Assembly: GCA_963675525.2 (NCBI GenBank)
Contig: CAXXSL010000020.1
Coordinates: forward strand, 96,001 to 160,000
Reading direction: 5' to 3'
From: Anaerohalosphaeraceae bacterium
GTDB lineage: Bacteria > Planctomycetota > Phycisphaerae > Sedimentisphaerales > Anaerohalosphaeraceae
Length of the DNA stretch: 64,000 nt
Positions within the stretch are counted from its first letter, which is position 1, and every line of letters begins with the position of its first letter. Under the pieces are notes generated by a model that saw only the letters and a list, made by a program, of their open reading frames with translations, did not search any database and was not told the origin of the DNA. Shown here piece by piece: positions 36,579 to 47,438 of this stretch. A program made the translations under genes and the position numbers.

Positions 36579-39533
36579 TCAACGGCCGCCTAGAATCCCG
36601 GGATTTTGCGACAGTGATGTCTGAATCTGACCTGTGTTGACATTATACCGTATTGCCGGAACACGTGCCTTGTCGAGCATTACCGGCATGCTTTCAGAAC
36701 CGGTAATGGTCAGCCAGCCGACATCTGACATCGCATCATACTCCAGTTCCCGACCAACCATTTCATGAATAATATCGGTATTGTTCCCGGCCTTTTCAAT
36801 ATAACTGATTCCCTTGTCGGTATAAACACGCCCCAAAGATGTTTGTCCTGTCAAATCGGACGCAAAGCTTGCCAGGAACTGCATTGAACTGACATAAATA
36901 TATTTCTCAACCTGCCCCTCGACCAACGGAACATAGGCAAGCTGCATCGTATCTTTATCTCCATCGGCAAGAATCTGCTGAGCATTAAAATCCCATTGGA
37001 TTTTGTCAAATCCTTCGATCAGAGCGTAACACGGCCGCCGGAAGTTAACGCCGGTGTTTCCGCTCTCGGCCGGTTCTGCTTTACTGTTATCCAGTTCGAT
37101 TTTTCCCGGTCCGGCCGCCACAATTAGATTGTTTAAGCGACTGAACGACATTTCCTCGCACCACATCCGTACATGAAACAGTTTTTCTTCGCCCCGCATC
37201 TTAATGGACTGCCCAAACACATTGCCCTCGGCAAAAGTGATCTTGCTGATGTCAACAGAACCCGCCGGATTCTTATCGATATCGACCGTCAGCCTGTCTC
37301 CATGAAATTCATCACGCTGCGTATAGAGAGGGGTTTCAGTGACACGCGTTGCGATGACATTTTCATGAAAGACTACTTGATTGATCTGACGATCCGCACC
37401 AGCCAGAAACTCCGCATTCCCGTCAGCGGCAATCGTGATCGGCAGCCACGGCTCAACAGTATTTCCATTGGGGCCGGCCTGCTGATGAAAGGTAAAGCGA
37501 ATCGGTCCATGGGCAAGCCCCGAACCGCTTTGCAAGTCATAATCAATCCGTTTGGCTTCAAATTTAGCCGGCGGCTGTCCCGGCATCGCAGAAACCGTCT
37601 GCAGAACCGCCTGTTCGCTCGTTCGAATGACTTTTGGATGCATTGATCCGGCCTCATCCGCTTCGAATTCAATGGTTGCATTCGATGAATCCATCCGGCC
37701 GTTTTCCGAGGCAAAATGAACGCCGCCCTTTAAATCCGCCATCGCGATCTGGTTGTCATTAAAATAAAACGTCGCCGATTCAGAGGCAGCCCGGGAAGAT
37801 GACTTTCCTTCTTCAAATGACTCAAAATAAACATCGCCGTCTAACTGAGCTTCCGAAATCTGATTCTCAAGTCCAAACGTCAGGACCGCTGAATCCGCCA
37901 ATGTTTTCAAGGTTCCGTTCTGTCGCAAAACCGCATCCATCCCGCCGGTCAGATTGATCGTCTGAATCGTCGCCGAAGAAACATCATTCGGCAGTTTCGC
38001 AAACAGCAGATCCATCACACCGGCAAAGGCGATCTCACTCGGCCGGCCCGCAGGATTCTTCGTGTTGCCGATGTAAACCTTGCCCGGTCCGGCAATGTTG
38101 GCCCGCTGAGCTTTCCGGTCCCAGAATACATTACCGGCCGTTTCGATCCGGCTGTTGGATTCCTGTGTATTAAGCAAAATCTGCGGCTGATGAGCATTCG
38201 TAAACAAACGCAGCACATCTTCGGCAGGCTTATAAGACAACAAACCGCAATGAGCCAAGGTCTCCACCTGACCATTTTCGTTTATACGTATGCGATCAAT
38301 GCTGAGCGGATCTCCCGACATTTCGAATGCCAGATCGGAATCGGAAACACCATCTTCCTTCTGCGGCAAAGAGGCCATCGGTTGAATGACCATCCCTCCG
38401 TCACACCGCACCAGGATATCACCTGGTGGGGTATTTTCCGCTTTCAGTTCGCTTTCAGAAGTCGTTTGCTCTGCTACAGCAACCGCAGGACCCTTCATTT
38501 TTTCCGATGGATCAGCAGTAACAACGGGCAGCGGCGGCGGTATTTCAGATGCCCCCATCTTTCCTGCTTCTGAAGCCTTCTGATCGATGGAATCCTCTTG
38601 AATGTCTTTATTTAATTCGGATAAAATTATATTTTGGATATTCACCTGCTCTGCGCCGGAAACAATCAGCTCATCCCCATACTCAATGACCACGTTATCA
38701 AAGATAAGACATTGATAAAGATCGGATCGGTCAAGAGAAGTTTGCGCTGTCTGGGCAATATCTTCAGAGGGCTCACGCTTAATCGCTTGATGCTCCGCGG
38801 TAGACACTGCTTGCTGAGAAACGACCACGGAAGCCGCTGATTCAGGTGCCGAGCTGTTTAAACGAGAGGCCGAAGAAGCAAAATTTCTCAATCTCAGAAA
38901 AACTAAATCCTTGATCTGCAGGTATTCGATTTTTCCCTCACCTGCATTAAAGATTAGCAATAAACCATAACCTTCCAGTTGAAGCCGTTGAGACGCAATG
39001 GTGACCGGGCCGTCCGTAGAAAACTCAGAACGCTCACTGCTGAAAGTCAGGTCATCCATCCGGATGGTCGTTTCATCAACCCTGCTGCCGGATCCCGGAA
39101 TGACATGAATCACAACATTCTTATCAAGCTGGGCATCCTTTGGGATGCGCTGAGAACCCGCCGATTCCATTTGGATCGTACCTTGCTCAGATTCAACACG
39201 GCACCGGTATCCGGGCTTATAAAATATCATGTAGGGTTTTTCTACCTGCCAGCGCGACGTTTCCTGTCCCGGATTTAATAATCGGTCAAAGCCGTATTCG
39301 GCAATAATTTGCTTGGTGACGGGATCATATTTAAAATAACGGGCTTTCTCAACCCCTTCCAACGTTGTATCTCCCGTTTGCTGTAGCTGAACAGCGGATT
39401 CCGGCACAATCATTTCCGGCACCTCATCGACAGGCGGCAGTTGGAGAGAAGGCGAGTCAACCAGGGCTACATACAGTCCAAACCCCACTGCAACAACCAA
39501 AAATGATATAAAACCAATCACTAATTTCCGCAT
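36579..39533 (-). CDS. Large membrane-anchored beta-rich protein, LptC/LptA(OstA)-like
   Basis: N-terminal TM helix, LptC-like STDGPVTI..LEGYGL, repeated short-strand motifs; follows kdsD-kdsC. Confidence 0.55.
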   Translation of the reverse strand: MRKLVIGFISFLVVAVGFGLYVALVDSPSLQLPPVDEVPEMIVPESAVQLQQTGDTTLEGVEKARYFKYDPVTKQIIAEYGFDRLLNPGQETSRWQVEKPYMIFYKPGYRCRVESEQGTIQMESAGSQRIPKDAQLDKNVVIHVIPGSGSRVDETTIRMDDLTFSSERSEFSTDGPVTIASQRLQLEGYGLLLIFNAGEGKIEYLQIKDLVFLRLRNFASSASRLNSSAPESAASVVVSQQAVSTAEHQAIKREPSEDIAQTAQTSLDRSDLYQCLIFDNVVIEYGDELIVSGAEQVNIQNIILSELNKDIQEDSIDQKASEAGKMGASEIPPPLPVVTADPSEKMKGPAVAVAEQTTSESELKAENTPPGDILVRCDGGMVIQPMASLPQKEDGVSDSDLAFEMSGDPLSIDRIRINENGQVETLAHCGLLSYKPAEDVLRLFTNAHQPQILLNTQESNSRIETAGNVFWDRKAQRANIAGPGKVYIGNTKNPAGRPSEIAFAGVMDLLFAKLPNDVSSATIQTINLTGGMDAVLRQNGTLKTLADSAVLTFGLENQISEAQLDGDVYFESFEEGKSSSRAASESATFYFNDNQIAMADLKGGVHFASENGRMDSSNATIEFEADEAGSMHPKVIRTSEQAVLQTVSAMPGQPPAKFEAKRIDYDLQSGSGLAHGPIRFTFHQQAGPNGNTVEPWLPITIAADGNAEFLAGADRQINQVVFHENVIATRVTETPLYTQRDEFHGDRLTVDIDKNPAGSVDISKITFAEGNVFGQSIKMRGEEKLFHVRMWCEEMSFSRLNNLIVAAGPGKIELDNSKAEPAESGNTGVNFRRPCYALIEGFDKIQWDFNAQQILADGDKDTMQLAYVPLVEGQVEKYIYVSSMQFLASFASDLTGQTSLGRVYTDKGISYIEKAGNNTDIIHEMVGRELEYDAMSDVGWLTITGSESMPVMLDKARVPAIRYNVNTGQIQTSLSQNPGILGGR

Positions 39534-39576
39534 ATCAACAACTCGCTAGAATAAGATTCAAGTTAATCATCCTTGG

Positions 39577-40095
39577 TTATAACCGGTAGCGCTCCATCAA
39601 CAGTTCCCATTGTCCACTGTTCTTGAGGATCATCTCGATGACATCGGCTACCGCTCCGTCACCGCCTTTACGAGACGTCACAAAATCCGCAACATCTTTC
39701 AGTTCCTGAGCCGCATTCGCAACCGCCACCCCGAAACCGGACCGCGTGATCAGCGGGATATCCATCAGGTCATCGCCAATGCATGCGACCTTATCGGCCG
39801 AATAGCCGGTTTTCGAGAGCAGCGACTCAAACGCAGGCAGTTTCGATATACAATCCTGCATCACATACTTGATCCCAAGCTGTTGAGCACGCAGTGTGGT
39901 GGCCTCCGTCTGTCGGCCGCTGATAATGGCCGTTTCCAGTCCTGCCCGCTGCCACATCTTGATGCGATGGCCGTCCATCACATGAAACCGTTTGCTCTCT
40001 GTTCCATCCGAATGAATAATGATCCCGCCATCCGTCAAAACGCCGTCAACATCTATCAGCAGCAGTTTAATTGTTGAAAAGTCAGTCTTCGTCAT
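39577..40095 (-). CDS. kdsC: KDO-8-phosphate phosphatase
   Basis: DVDGVLTDG, GDDLMD, GGDGAV. Confidence 0.93.
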   Translation of the reverse strand: MTKTDFSTIKLLLIDVDGVLTDGGIIIHSDGTESKRFHVMDGHRIKMWQRAGLETAIISGRQTEATTLRAQQLGIKYVMQDCISKLPAFESLLSKTGYSADKVACIGDDLMDIPLITRSGFGVAVANAAQELKDVADFVTSRKGGDGAVADVIEMILKNSGQWELLMERYRL

Positions 40096-40100
40096 GACAC

Positions 40101-41123
40101 TTATCCTACGATCTTAATCGCTACAATATCCTGAACGTCAATCAGCCCAACCGGTTTGTCATTCGCATCAACAACCGGTAATTCATCGATACGATATTTG
40201 TGAAAAATCGCCATGGCCTCGGCCGCCAATGCATCTTCCCGGACACATTTACAGCCGGCTGTCATCAGTTCCGAGGCTTTCAAGGCAAAAACCGCCGTCC
40301 CCTTCTTTTCTATGGCACGCCGTAGATCCGCGTCCGTAATAATACCGCTCAATTTTCCGATCCCATCCACGACCATCACGGCACCACGGCGTTTGGTTGT
40401 TTCATTCTTTCGCAGCATCTCTTCAATCGTATCGTTCAGCTCGCAAAGCGGCAGGGCTTCGCCTTTTTTAAACCACATGGCTTGTCCCACCGTCAAAAGC
40501 TTGCGCCCCAGGGCCCCTGCCGGATGAAATCTCGCATAATCCTCAACACTGAAGTTACGAGCCTTCATCGTGGTCAGCGCCAATGCGTCCCCCAATGCCA
40601 GCATACACGTTGTCGAAACCGTTGGCGCCGCACCATGCGGGCAGGCCTCGGTCAACATTCCCATGCATAATACTACATCGCTGTGAACCGCCAACCGTGA
40701 TTCCGGATCACCGACGATCGACACCAGTTTGATTTCACGCTGTTTCAACGGTTCGATCAAACGAACGATCTCGTCACTTTCACCGCTGTGACTCAGCGTC
40801 AGTACAATATCATTTGACTGGATTCTCCCCAGGTCGCCGTGAACCGCGTCAGCCGGGTGTAAAAAATGACTGGCCGTTCCCGTTGACGCAAGTGTGGCGC
40901 TGATCTTATTGCCAACCAGGCCGGCTTTGCCCATCCCGGTCACAATCACCGAGCCGCTGCAATCCAGAAAAAGCTGAACGGCTTCTTCAAATGGCGGTTC
41001 TCGGACCAGGGCTGATAAACCCGTCACGGCATTGCCTTCAGCTCGTACCACGCTCTCGGCAAATGCAATATCAATAGCCACCGCCTTCGCCTCCAATGAA
41101 CCTTGATTCCTTTCGTCCGACAT
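40101..41123 (-). CDS. kdsD: Arabinose-5-phosphate isomerase (KpsF/GutQ family)
   Basis: TGMGKAG, HP..A.HGDLG, APTVSTT, FHPAGALG, CBS pair. Confidence 0.93.
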   Translation of the reverse strand: MSDERNQGSLEAKAVAIDIAFAESVVRAEGNAVTGLSALVREPPFEEAVQLFLDCSGSVIVTGMGKAGLVGNKISATLASTGTASHFLHPADAVHGDLGRIQSNDIVLTLSHSGESDEIVRLIEPLKQREIKLVSIVGDPESRLAVHSDVVLCMGMLTEACPHGAAPTVSTTCMLALGDALALTTMKARNFSVEDYARFHPAGALGRKLLTVGQAMWFKKGEALPLCELNDTIEEMLRKNETTKRRGAVMVVDGIGKLSGIITDADLRRAIEKKGTAVFALKASELMTAGCKCVREDALAAEAMAIFHKYRIDELPVVDANDKPVGLIDVQDIVAIKIVG

Positions 41124-41137
41124 TTTATGATTCCTGC

Positions 41138-42661
41138 TTACCCAAACTTAACAACGCTGCCGCGCTCATCGTAACATACGATTTTCAGTGTACCGACGCT
41201 TCCGAGCAGGTCCGGGCAAATAATGATGGACTTTCCGGAAGCGACCTCAATTTCAGCAAGGATGTCGCGGCGGTGATTTTGAAGGAAATTCGCAACGCCC
41301 ACCGGCAATGTCAGTTCGATTCTGCGAATCTCATTTCGCGGCATCGCAAGACGAATCATTCGCAAAATCTCAATGGACTGAGATTCAAAACTTTTTACAA
41401 CACCGCTGCCGTGACAATTGGGACAGGTCAAATACGTACTGGACTGAAGCGAGGGTCTCATTCGCTGACGTGTCAGTTCGATCAAACCGAAAGCACTCAT
41501 TCTGAGTGCCCGTGATCTCGCCCGGTCCAAGCGGAGACAATCCCGGAATATTTTCTCAATCTCACGTCGATTCTTATTGTCACGCATATCAATGAAATCA
41601 CAGATAATCAAGCCTCCCAGGTCGCGCAGCTTAAGCTGTCGAACAATTTCCTGGGCCGCCTCCTGGTTGATCCTAAAAGCCGTTTGCTCTGCATTCGACT
41701 GCTTACGATATTTTCCACTGTTGACATCGATCGCAACCAGCGCCTCAGTCTGCTCGATGACGAGTGATCCGCCGCTTTTTAAATCGACGTGGCTGGACTG
41801 TATTTTTTCGATCTCCTTTTCAATATTGTACTTATTGAATAAGGGACTGGGCCCCTCATGAAAAATCGCTCTGTGCTTCAGTCGAGGTTGAACAATTGAA
41901 AGGAAGTCACGGATCTTTCGCGTTACCGCCTCATTGTCACATAAGATTTTCCGGATTGAGCTGTCAAAAATATCCCGTACGGTCCGGATCGCCAGATCGG
42001 ACTCCTGATAAATCTCAGCCGGTCCCTTTTCGGATTCCATTCGCTTGCTGATAACCCGCCACAATCGCATGAGGTAATTCACATCATTCTGCAATTCTCG
42101 TTTTCTTGCCACCATCGCCGCGGTCCGAATGATAACCCCGGCGTTTTTAGGAAGCGAAATGGACTCGACCGCTTCACGCAGTTTTTTACGTTCTTCTTCT
42201 TCCTCGATCTTCTGGGAAACCCCAACACCCGTCATCCACGGCATAAAAACAAGATATTTTCCCGGCAGCGAAATATAAGTCGTCAGCGTCGGCCCCTTGG
42301 TATTGATGCCTTCTTTGGTCACCTGAACGATAATATCCTGCCCTTTTTTCAGGCACTTTTGAATGGGGGGACGCTGAGACAGCGCTTTGCGTCGACCAAT
42401 ATTCTCAATGATCTCCTTTTTGCCGAAATGACGGGGGTGAAGATCGCTGATATGCAGAAATCCGTTTTTGTCCGCTCCGAAATCAATAAAGGCCGCCTGG
42501 ATACCTGCCTCGATATTCACGATCCGACCTTTGTAGACATTCCCGACATGGCTGGCCAGATGGTATCGCTCGGTGTATAATTCATCCAGAGAGCCGCCTT
42601 CGACAACGGCAACACGGCATTCTTCACCCTCTGAAACGTTGATCAGTAATTCTTTTGACAT
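41138..42661 (-). CDS. rne: Ribonuclease E/G family
   Basis: S1 domain GNVYKG..AAFID, KGPTLT, IDVNSG, LRDLGGLIICDFIDM, CxxC. Confidence 0.92.
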   Translation of the reverse strand: MSKELLINVSEGEECRVAVVEGGSLDELYTERYHLASHVGNVYKGRIVNIEAGIQAAFIDFGADKNGFLHISDLHPRHFGKKEIIENIGRRKALSQRPPIQKCLKKGQDIIVQVTKEGINTKGPTLTTYISLPGKYLVFMPWMTGVGVSQKIEEEEERKKLREAVESISLPKNAGVIIRTAAMVARKRELQNDVNYLMRLWRVISKRMESEKGPAEIYQESDLAIRTVRDIFDSSIRKILCDNEAVTRKIRDFLSIVQPRLKHRAIFHEGPSPLFNKYNIEKEIEKIQSSHVDLKSGGSLVIEQTEALVAIDVNSGKYRKQSNAEQTAFRINQEAAQEIVRQLKLRDLGGLIICDFIDMRDNKNRREIEKIFRDCLRLDRARSRALRMSAFGLIELTRQRMRPSLQSSTYLTCPNCHGSGVVKSFESQSIEILRMIRLAMPRNEIRRIELTLPVGVANFLQNHRRDILAEIEVASGKSIIICPDLLGSVGTLKIVCYDERGSVVKFG

Positions 42662-42686
42662 AATATGCTTTGCTCCTGATACTTTC

Positions 42687-43349
42687 CTAATTTTGCTTCC
42701 ATTGGATCTCAGTTCGTTTAATGGGCTCGTTCAGTTGTTCCGGTTGAACCGCCAGCCATCGCATTAATTCATCAATTCTGACTGTCCCTTTCGGCGAGAT
42801 GTGACAGTCAATTTCAATCATGTTGCCTGAAAAATCGATGGTCTCTACAAAAGGAGAGATATCGATGGTCTCATAAACCCGTTTCTTGGCCCGATACCGC
42901 TGGATTTGAATATCTTCTCCCCTCGTCAGTTGACTCTGACAACGAATAAGATGCTGCTGGTGCTCATCGTTGACAGACGCTTCCAGATGAAATACATAAT
43001 GGGCTTGGCAAGGCTGAAAAGTACACTTCCCCTCAACGCACCGAACATCCAACAGGGTACACCCATCCGGAAGCTGCCGTTGAAGTCGAGACAAAAACTC
43101 AGGCCGATCCGCCTCAACGCCGGAAGTCAGTATCGCACAGACACGTTCCGCGCAGGACTGTGTCCCCACGCTTCTGGCAAGCGGAATAGACACACGCGGG
43201 CGGGGATTAAACCCTCCTGAGAATGTGACCGATAAACCGGTACGCAACAAGCAACGCTGAAACATTGTCAGTGTCTCCTGATGCGACAAATAGGCCAGCC
43301 GATTCCGAATGGCGAAATCTGCAATCAATGTATATTGTTTTTCCTGCAT
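42687..43349 (-). CDS. TIGR03936 radical-SAM-associated protein (DUF2344)
   Basis: YLSH, FSGGFNPRP, SVG and LPDG motifs. Confidence 0.8.
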   Translation of the reverse strand: MQEKQYTLIADFAIRNRLAYLSHQETLTMFQRCLLRTGLSVTFSGGFNPRPRVSIPLARSVGTQSCAERVCAILTSGVEADRPEFLSRLQRQLPDGCTLLDVRCVEGKCTFQPCQAHYVFHLEASVNDEHQQHLIRCQSQLTRGEDIQIQRYRAKKRVYETIDISPFVETIDFSGNMIEIDCHISPKGTVRIDELMRWLAVQPEQLNEPIKRTEIQWKQN

Positions 43350-43412
43350 GTATCAAAAGTATTTTATTGAAAATATCTGCCAGCCAACATAACCGGTCTG
43401 TCATTCATCAAA

Positions 43413-45149
43413 CTAAAACGTTTCCGGCAATATCCGGGTTGCCGTATCCCGCAAATAATTCTTTATCTGGCGCGCCGAGTCCATGACGGAAACCGAACGG
43501 GCCAGTTTGTTGCACTCTTCGATCGTTACGGAACGAATGATCTTTTTGACCTCCGGTATCATCGGCGACGCCAAAGACAAGGTCCGAACCCCCATTCCCA
43601 AAATCAGCATAATAAACTCAGGATCGGAAGCAACTTCACCACAGATGCTCAGGCCGATCCCCGCTTTATGCGCATCCTGAATTACATCCCGCATTAATTT
43701 CAGAACAGCCGGCTCAGCAGCAGAAAACAACGTCGATACGTGCTCGTTCGCCCGATCAACCGCAAGCGTATACTGGATAAGGTCGTTGGTGCCGATGCTG
43801 AAAAAATCAGCGTCATTCGACAATAACGCCGCCATCAGAGCTGAACTGGGGGTTTCAATCATGATTCCTATTGGGATATTGGCGTTATAGGGAACGGCAT
43901 ACTCATCCAGGTCTTCCATCACATCACGCAATATCATCTTGGCCTGACGAAGTTCCTGAAGATTGGTGATCAGGGGGAACATCACACGAACATCGCCCAG
44001 CACTGATGCACGCAGGATGGCCCGTAATTGAACTTTGAACAGAGACAGATCCTGAAGGCAATACCGTATGGACCGCAAGCCCAATACAGGATTTGTTTCA
44101 TTCGGGTGCCAGCCCGTATGAGGAAGTTTATCCGCACCCAGATCCATCGTGCGAATGACCACCGGCCAGTCGCCCACGGCACGAATGGCCTCCGCATAGG
44201 CATTATAATGATCTTCTTCAGTGGGTTCCTGCCCGCCATAAAGATACAAAAACTCCGTCCGGTAAAGCCCGATTCCCTCACCGCCTTTTTGAATGACTTG
44301 CTCAGCCTCATCCGGAAATTCAATATTACCCAATATTTGAATATGAACACCGTCGCGGGTCTCGGCCGGCAGTTCCCGCAACAGATCCAACTGATGAACA
44401 AACTGTGTCATCTGTTTGGAATAATCATCATATTGTTTAAGTGTGTCATCGTCCGGTTCAATAATGACGACGCCGCGATTGCCGTCAACGATAACCATGC
44501 AATCAGGCGGTATCTCGGATGACAGGTTTCCCAGGGCCACAACGGCCGGGATACCGAGTGAACGGGCAACGATCGCCGTATGACTTGTTCGTCCCCCCTT
44601 CTCCGTCGCAAATCCTTTGACAAATGATTTATTAAATCCAGCCGTTTGCGTAGGGGTCAAATCACTGGCAAGAATCACAACTTCCTCGCGTAAATGGTCC
44701 AGTTCCTCTTGCTTCTTGCCAAGAAGATGTGTCAAAAGACGTTTTTCGATGTCATAAATATCTGCCGCACGTTCGCTGATATAAGCATCATCAATCCCTG
44801 CAAAATGTGACGCAATTTCCCGCAAAATCGTGGAGACTGCATATTCAGCCGTCACCAGGTCTCTGGAAATGAAATCCGTAATCCGTTTACGAAAACTGCG
44901 GTCTTTCAGGAAACGCATGTGAACCGCAAAAATATCACGAATCTTACCTTCCTGAATATCTTTCGAGGAACTAATGCTTTCCAGTTGGGAAATTGCCTTG
45001 GAAAATGCTTTGCGCAGTCGCTGTATTTCCCTGACACGTTGTGAAGGCATGATGGACCGACGCGGGATTCGATAGTCTTTTGAATCGATTACCATGGGCT
45101 TGGCGATGGCGATCCCTGGCGATACCGCAATTCCCTTTCTGATTTCCAT
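43413..45149 (-). CDS. ptsI: PTS enzyme I
   Basis: GGRTSHTAI, GIGLYRTEFL, NPVLGLR, FFSIGTNDL, ICGE. Confidence 0.96.
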   Translation of the reverse strand: MEIRKGIAVSPGIAIAKPMVIDSKDYRIPRRSIMPSQRVREIQRLRKAFSKAISQLESISSSKDIQEGKIRDIFAVHMRFLKDRSFRKRITDFISRDLVTAEYAVSTILREIASHFAGIDDAYISERAADIYDIEKRLLTHLLGKKQEELDHLREEVVILASDLTPTQTAGFNKSFVKGFATEKGGRTSHTAIVARSLGIPAVVALGNLSSEIPPDCMVIVDGNRGVVIIEPDDDTLKQYDDYSKQMTQFVHQLDLLRELPAETRDGVHIQILGNIEFPDEAEQVIQKGGEGIGLYRTEFLYLYGGQEPTEEDHYNAYAEAIRAVGDWPVVIRTMDLGADKLPHTGWHPNETNPVLGLRSIRYCLQDLSLFKVQLRAILRASVLGDVRVMFPLITNLQELRQAKMILRDVMEDLDEYAVPYNANIPIGIMIETPSSALMAALLSNDADFFSIGTNDLIQYTLAVDRANEHVSTLFSAAEPAVLKLMRDVIQDAHKAGIGLSICGEVASDPEFIMLILGMGVRTLSLASPMIPEVKKIIRSVTIEECNKLARSVSVMDSARQIKNYLRDTATRILPETF

Positions 45150-45157
45150 GCTTTCTC

Positions 45158-45463
45158 TTATCCTTCCTTTTCGCCGACCGTCGCCGAATCACCCGTAAAT
45201 TCGTTGTCAATCAATTGATGGAGTTGTTCGGCGGCCTTTTGAGCATCCGATCCCTCAGCGCGAATCTTTAAACGGGTTCCGAAAGTCGCAGCAAGCATGG
45301 TCATTTGCATAATACTCTTGGCATCGACGGAGATCTCACCGTTACTAACCGTCACATCGGACTCAAAAGTGCTCGCCAAATCCACAAACTGCATCGCGGG
45401 ACGCATATGCAATCCTTCCGGATTCTTGATTTCTACTCCAATTTCATATATCGGCTTTGCCAC
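45158..45463 (-). CDS. ptsH: HPr phosphocarrier
   Basis: GLHMRPA and DAKSIM; probable GTG start at 45463. Confidence 0.92.
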   Translation of the reverse strand: MAKPIYEIGVEIKNPEGLHMRPAMQFVDLASTFESDVTVSNGEISVDAKSIMQMTMLAATFGTRLKIRAEGSDAQKAAEQLHQLIDNEFTGDSATVGEKEG

Positions 45464-45513
45464 GCCTCTGTCCTTGCTCACGGTTGGTTTTGGGGCCGGG
45501 CGAACTCTCACAT

Positions 45514-45987
45514 TTATTCTGCAGACGAGTCATCTGCATCTTTGATCGCTTCGATCACTTCCTCTTGAGTCTGCGCCTGCCGGAGAAAACGGCGAAAATC
45601 GTCTTTTTGCAAATTCTTGAAGATTGTTTCCATTGCCTGCAAATGCTTATCCGGATTCTGCCCGGGACTTAATAATAAAAACACCGAATAAACCGGCTGC
45701 TTATCCAAAGAAACAAATTCAATCCCTTCCGGCGAACAGCCGACAACGGCTATCGGTTCGGTAATCTCGTCATGCTTAACATGCGGAACAGCCACACCTT
45801 TGCCGATCCCGGTACTGGCTTCGTTTTCACGCTTAATAACAACCGCAGCAAGCTTCTTGGGAGCAATCTTGCCAAGCTTTTTATGTTCATGAAGCGATTG
45901 AATTAACTCACGAATAACATCATCCCGCTCCGTTGACTCCAACCGCGGAATAATCGCTTTTGTACAAACAATATCAATAAGTTTCAT
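45514..45987 (-). CDS. ptsN: PTS EIIA (Ntr/Fru-type)
   Basis: RE..STGIGKGVAVPH; located next to hpf. Confidence 0.85.
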   Translation of the reverse strand: MKLIDIVCTKAIIPRLESTERDDVIRELIQSLHEHKKLGKIAPKKLAAVVIKRENEASTGIGKGVAVPHVKHDEITEPIAVVGCSPEGIEFVSLDKQPVYSVFLLLSPGQNPDKHLQAMETIFKNLQKDDFRRFLRQAQTQEEVIEAIKDADDSSAE

Positions 45988-46062
45988 AAAATCTCCCTAA
46001 ACCATAGAAAGCGATACCCTGTTTTTAAACACGGGCCGTTAAGGAACATCTTCTCTGAATGC

Positions 46063-46431
46063 TCAGGTCATTTCGTTTTCTTCCGACTCCAATGGCACCT
46101 GCGATTGCAGCCGTTCGATTTCATCGGCAAGACTGTGTTTGTGATTACGCTGTTTTTCCTTTATTTTCCTTAATTGACGCTCAAGTTTGTGTATCGCAAG
46201 GTCAATGCATGCGTATGTATCGTCGCCGGTTTCCTTGGCGATCAGCAAGTCGTTATGTTCCGCATGAACGATGATTTCCACACCCTGCTTGCCGCCTTCG
46301 TTTCCTTCGACGACCACTTCGATCTGAGTGATACTATCAAAATAACGTGGCAGTTTTTCTACCTTTTCCTGTGCGTGCAATCGGATTGCATCTGTGATTT
46401 CGATGTGTTTACCGGTGATGGTAAAAAGCAT
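46063..46431 (-). CDS. hpf: Ribosome hibernation factor HPF/RaiA
   Basis: ITGKHIEITDAIR, DTYACID..KLERQLRK.KEK; GGAGG RBS before ATG 46431. Confidence 0.92.
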   Translation of the reverse strand: MLFTITGKHIEITDAIRLHAQEKVEKLPRYFDSITQIEVVVEGNEGGKQGVEIIVHAEHNDLLIAKETGDDTYACIDLAIHKLERQLRKIKEKQRNHKHSLADEIERLQSQVPLESEENEMT

Positions 46432-46465
46432 CTTCACCTCCTGATTTCTTAAAATAAAATTCCAT

Positions 46466-47293
46466 TTATGATTTCGTTTCGACTGACACGGATTCTTTTT
46501 TAGACGCTTCAAATGCCTTGTGCTCTGCCGGCGTAATTACCCCGCCGCTGATCACGTAACGCAGAGCTTCCTCGATCGACATGTCAAGCTCGATCGTTTC
46601 GCTCTTCAGGGCCATAATGACATATCCCGTAAACGGCGTCGGCGATGTCGGCACAAAAAGCGTCAGGAACTCCTGCCCGACCGCATTGACAACTTTTTTC
46701 AGTCCGGTTCCCGTCACCAGGCCAACAGACCACGTCCCTTTTCGGGGATACTCAAATGCAACAACCTTGCTGAATGTCAGGCTTTTTTTGGCCAGCAGAA
46801 AATCGGTTACCTGCTTAATGTACGGATACACCTGCTTCAGTAAGGGCAGATTCATCAGTGTTTTCTCGATCATATGCCAAAGTGTACGCCCCACAACACT
46901 GGCCAAAAACGCACCGATCGAACAAACGCCGACAATCGCAACAACAAAACCGGTAATCTGACCCCGCCCGTAAACCCAGAACTTCTCTGCAACCTCGATC
47001 CGCGTTCCGCGAATAACGTCTTCGTCCTGAATCTGCTGTTCAATTTTTTGAGCATCGCCCAATAGCTGCGGATTCTGTTGAATCACATAGGATCGTTTAT
47101 CCTCGTCCGTAACAGGAGGATACCAATCCAGCAAAGCAACCGCCCCGCGTACAACACCTCGGTTGATATGGATGCTCACTTTTTCCTGGATAAAAATATA
47201 GCACTGCCAGAAGATCCATATCGTCAGGATCGTCGGCAGCAAGGCAGCCATCCCCCTGAAAAAGTATATCCTGAAATTTTTAAGTGATCGCAT
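46466..47293 (-). CDS. DUF502 membrane protein
   Basis: EYPRKG, FVPTSPTPFTG, MSIEEA..VISGG. Confidence 0.88.
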   Translation of the reverse strand: MRSLKNFRIYFFRGMAALLPTILTIWIFWQCYIFIQEKVSIHINRGVVRGAVALLDWYPPVTDEDKRSYVIQQNPQLLGDAQKIEQQIQDEDVIRGTRIEVAEKFWVYGRGQITGFVVAIVGVCSIGAFLASVVGRTLWHMIEKTLMNLPLLKQVYPYIKQVTDFLLAKKSLTFSKVVAFEYPRKGTWSVGLVTGTGLKKVVNAVGQEFLTLFVPTSPTPFTGYVIMALKSETIELDMSIEEALRYVISGGVITPAEHKAFEASKKESVSVETKS

Positions 47294-47438
47294 TACTGCT
47301 TACCAATGTCCCTGGCATTATGCCCAAATAATATCGTTAATATCACGTTACGTGATCATATTTCACTTGTTTTGCCAAATTTAAGTCTATCCGGCGCATG
47401 GTATTATGGCCTGTTTTTACGAATTCGTCAACTAAATT

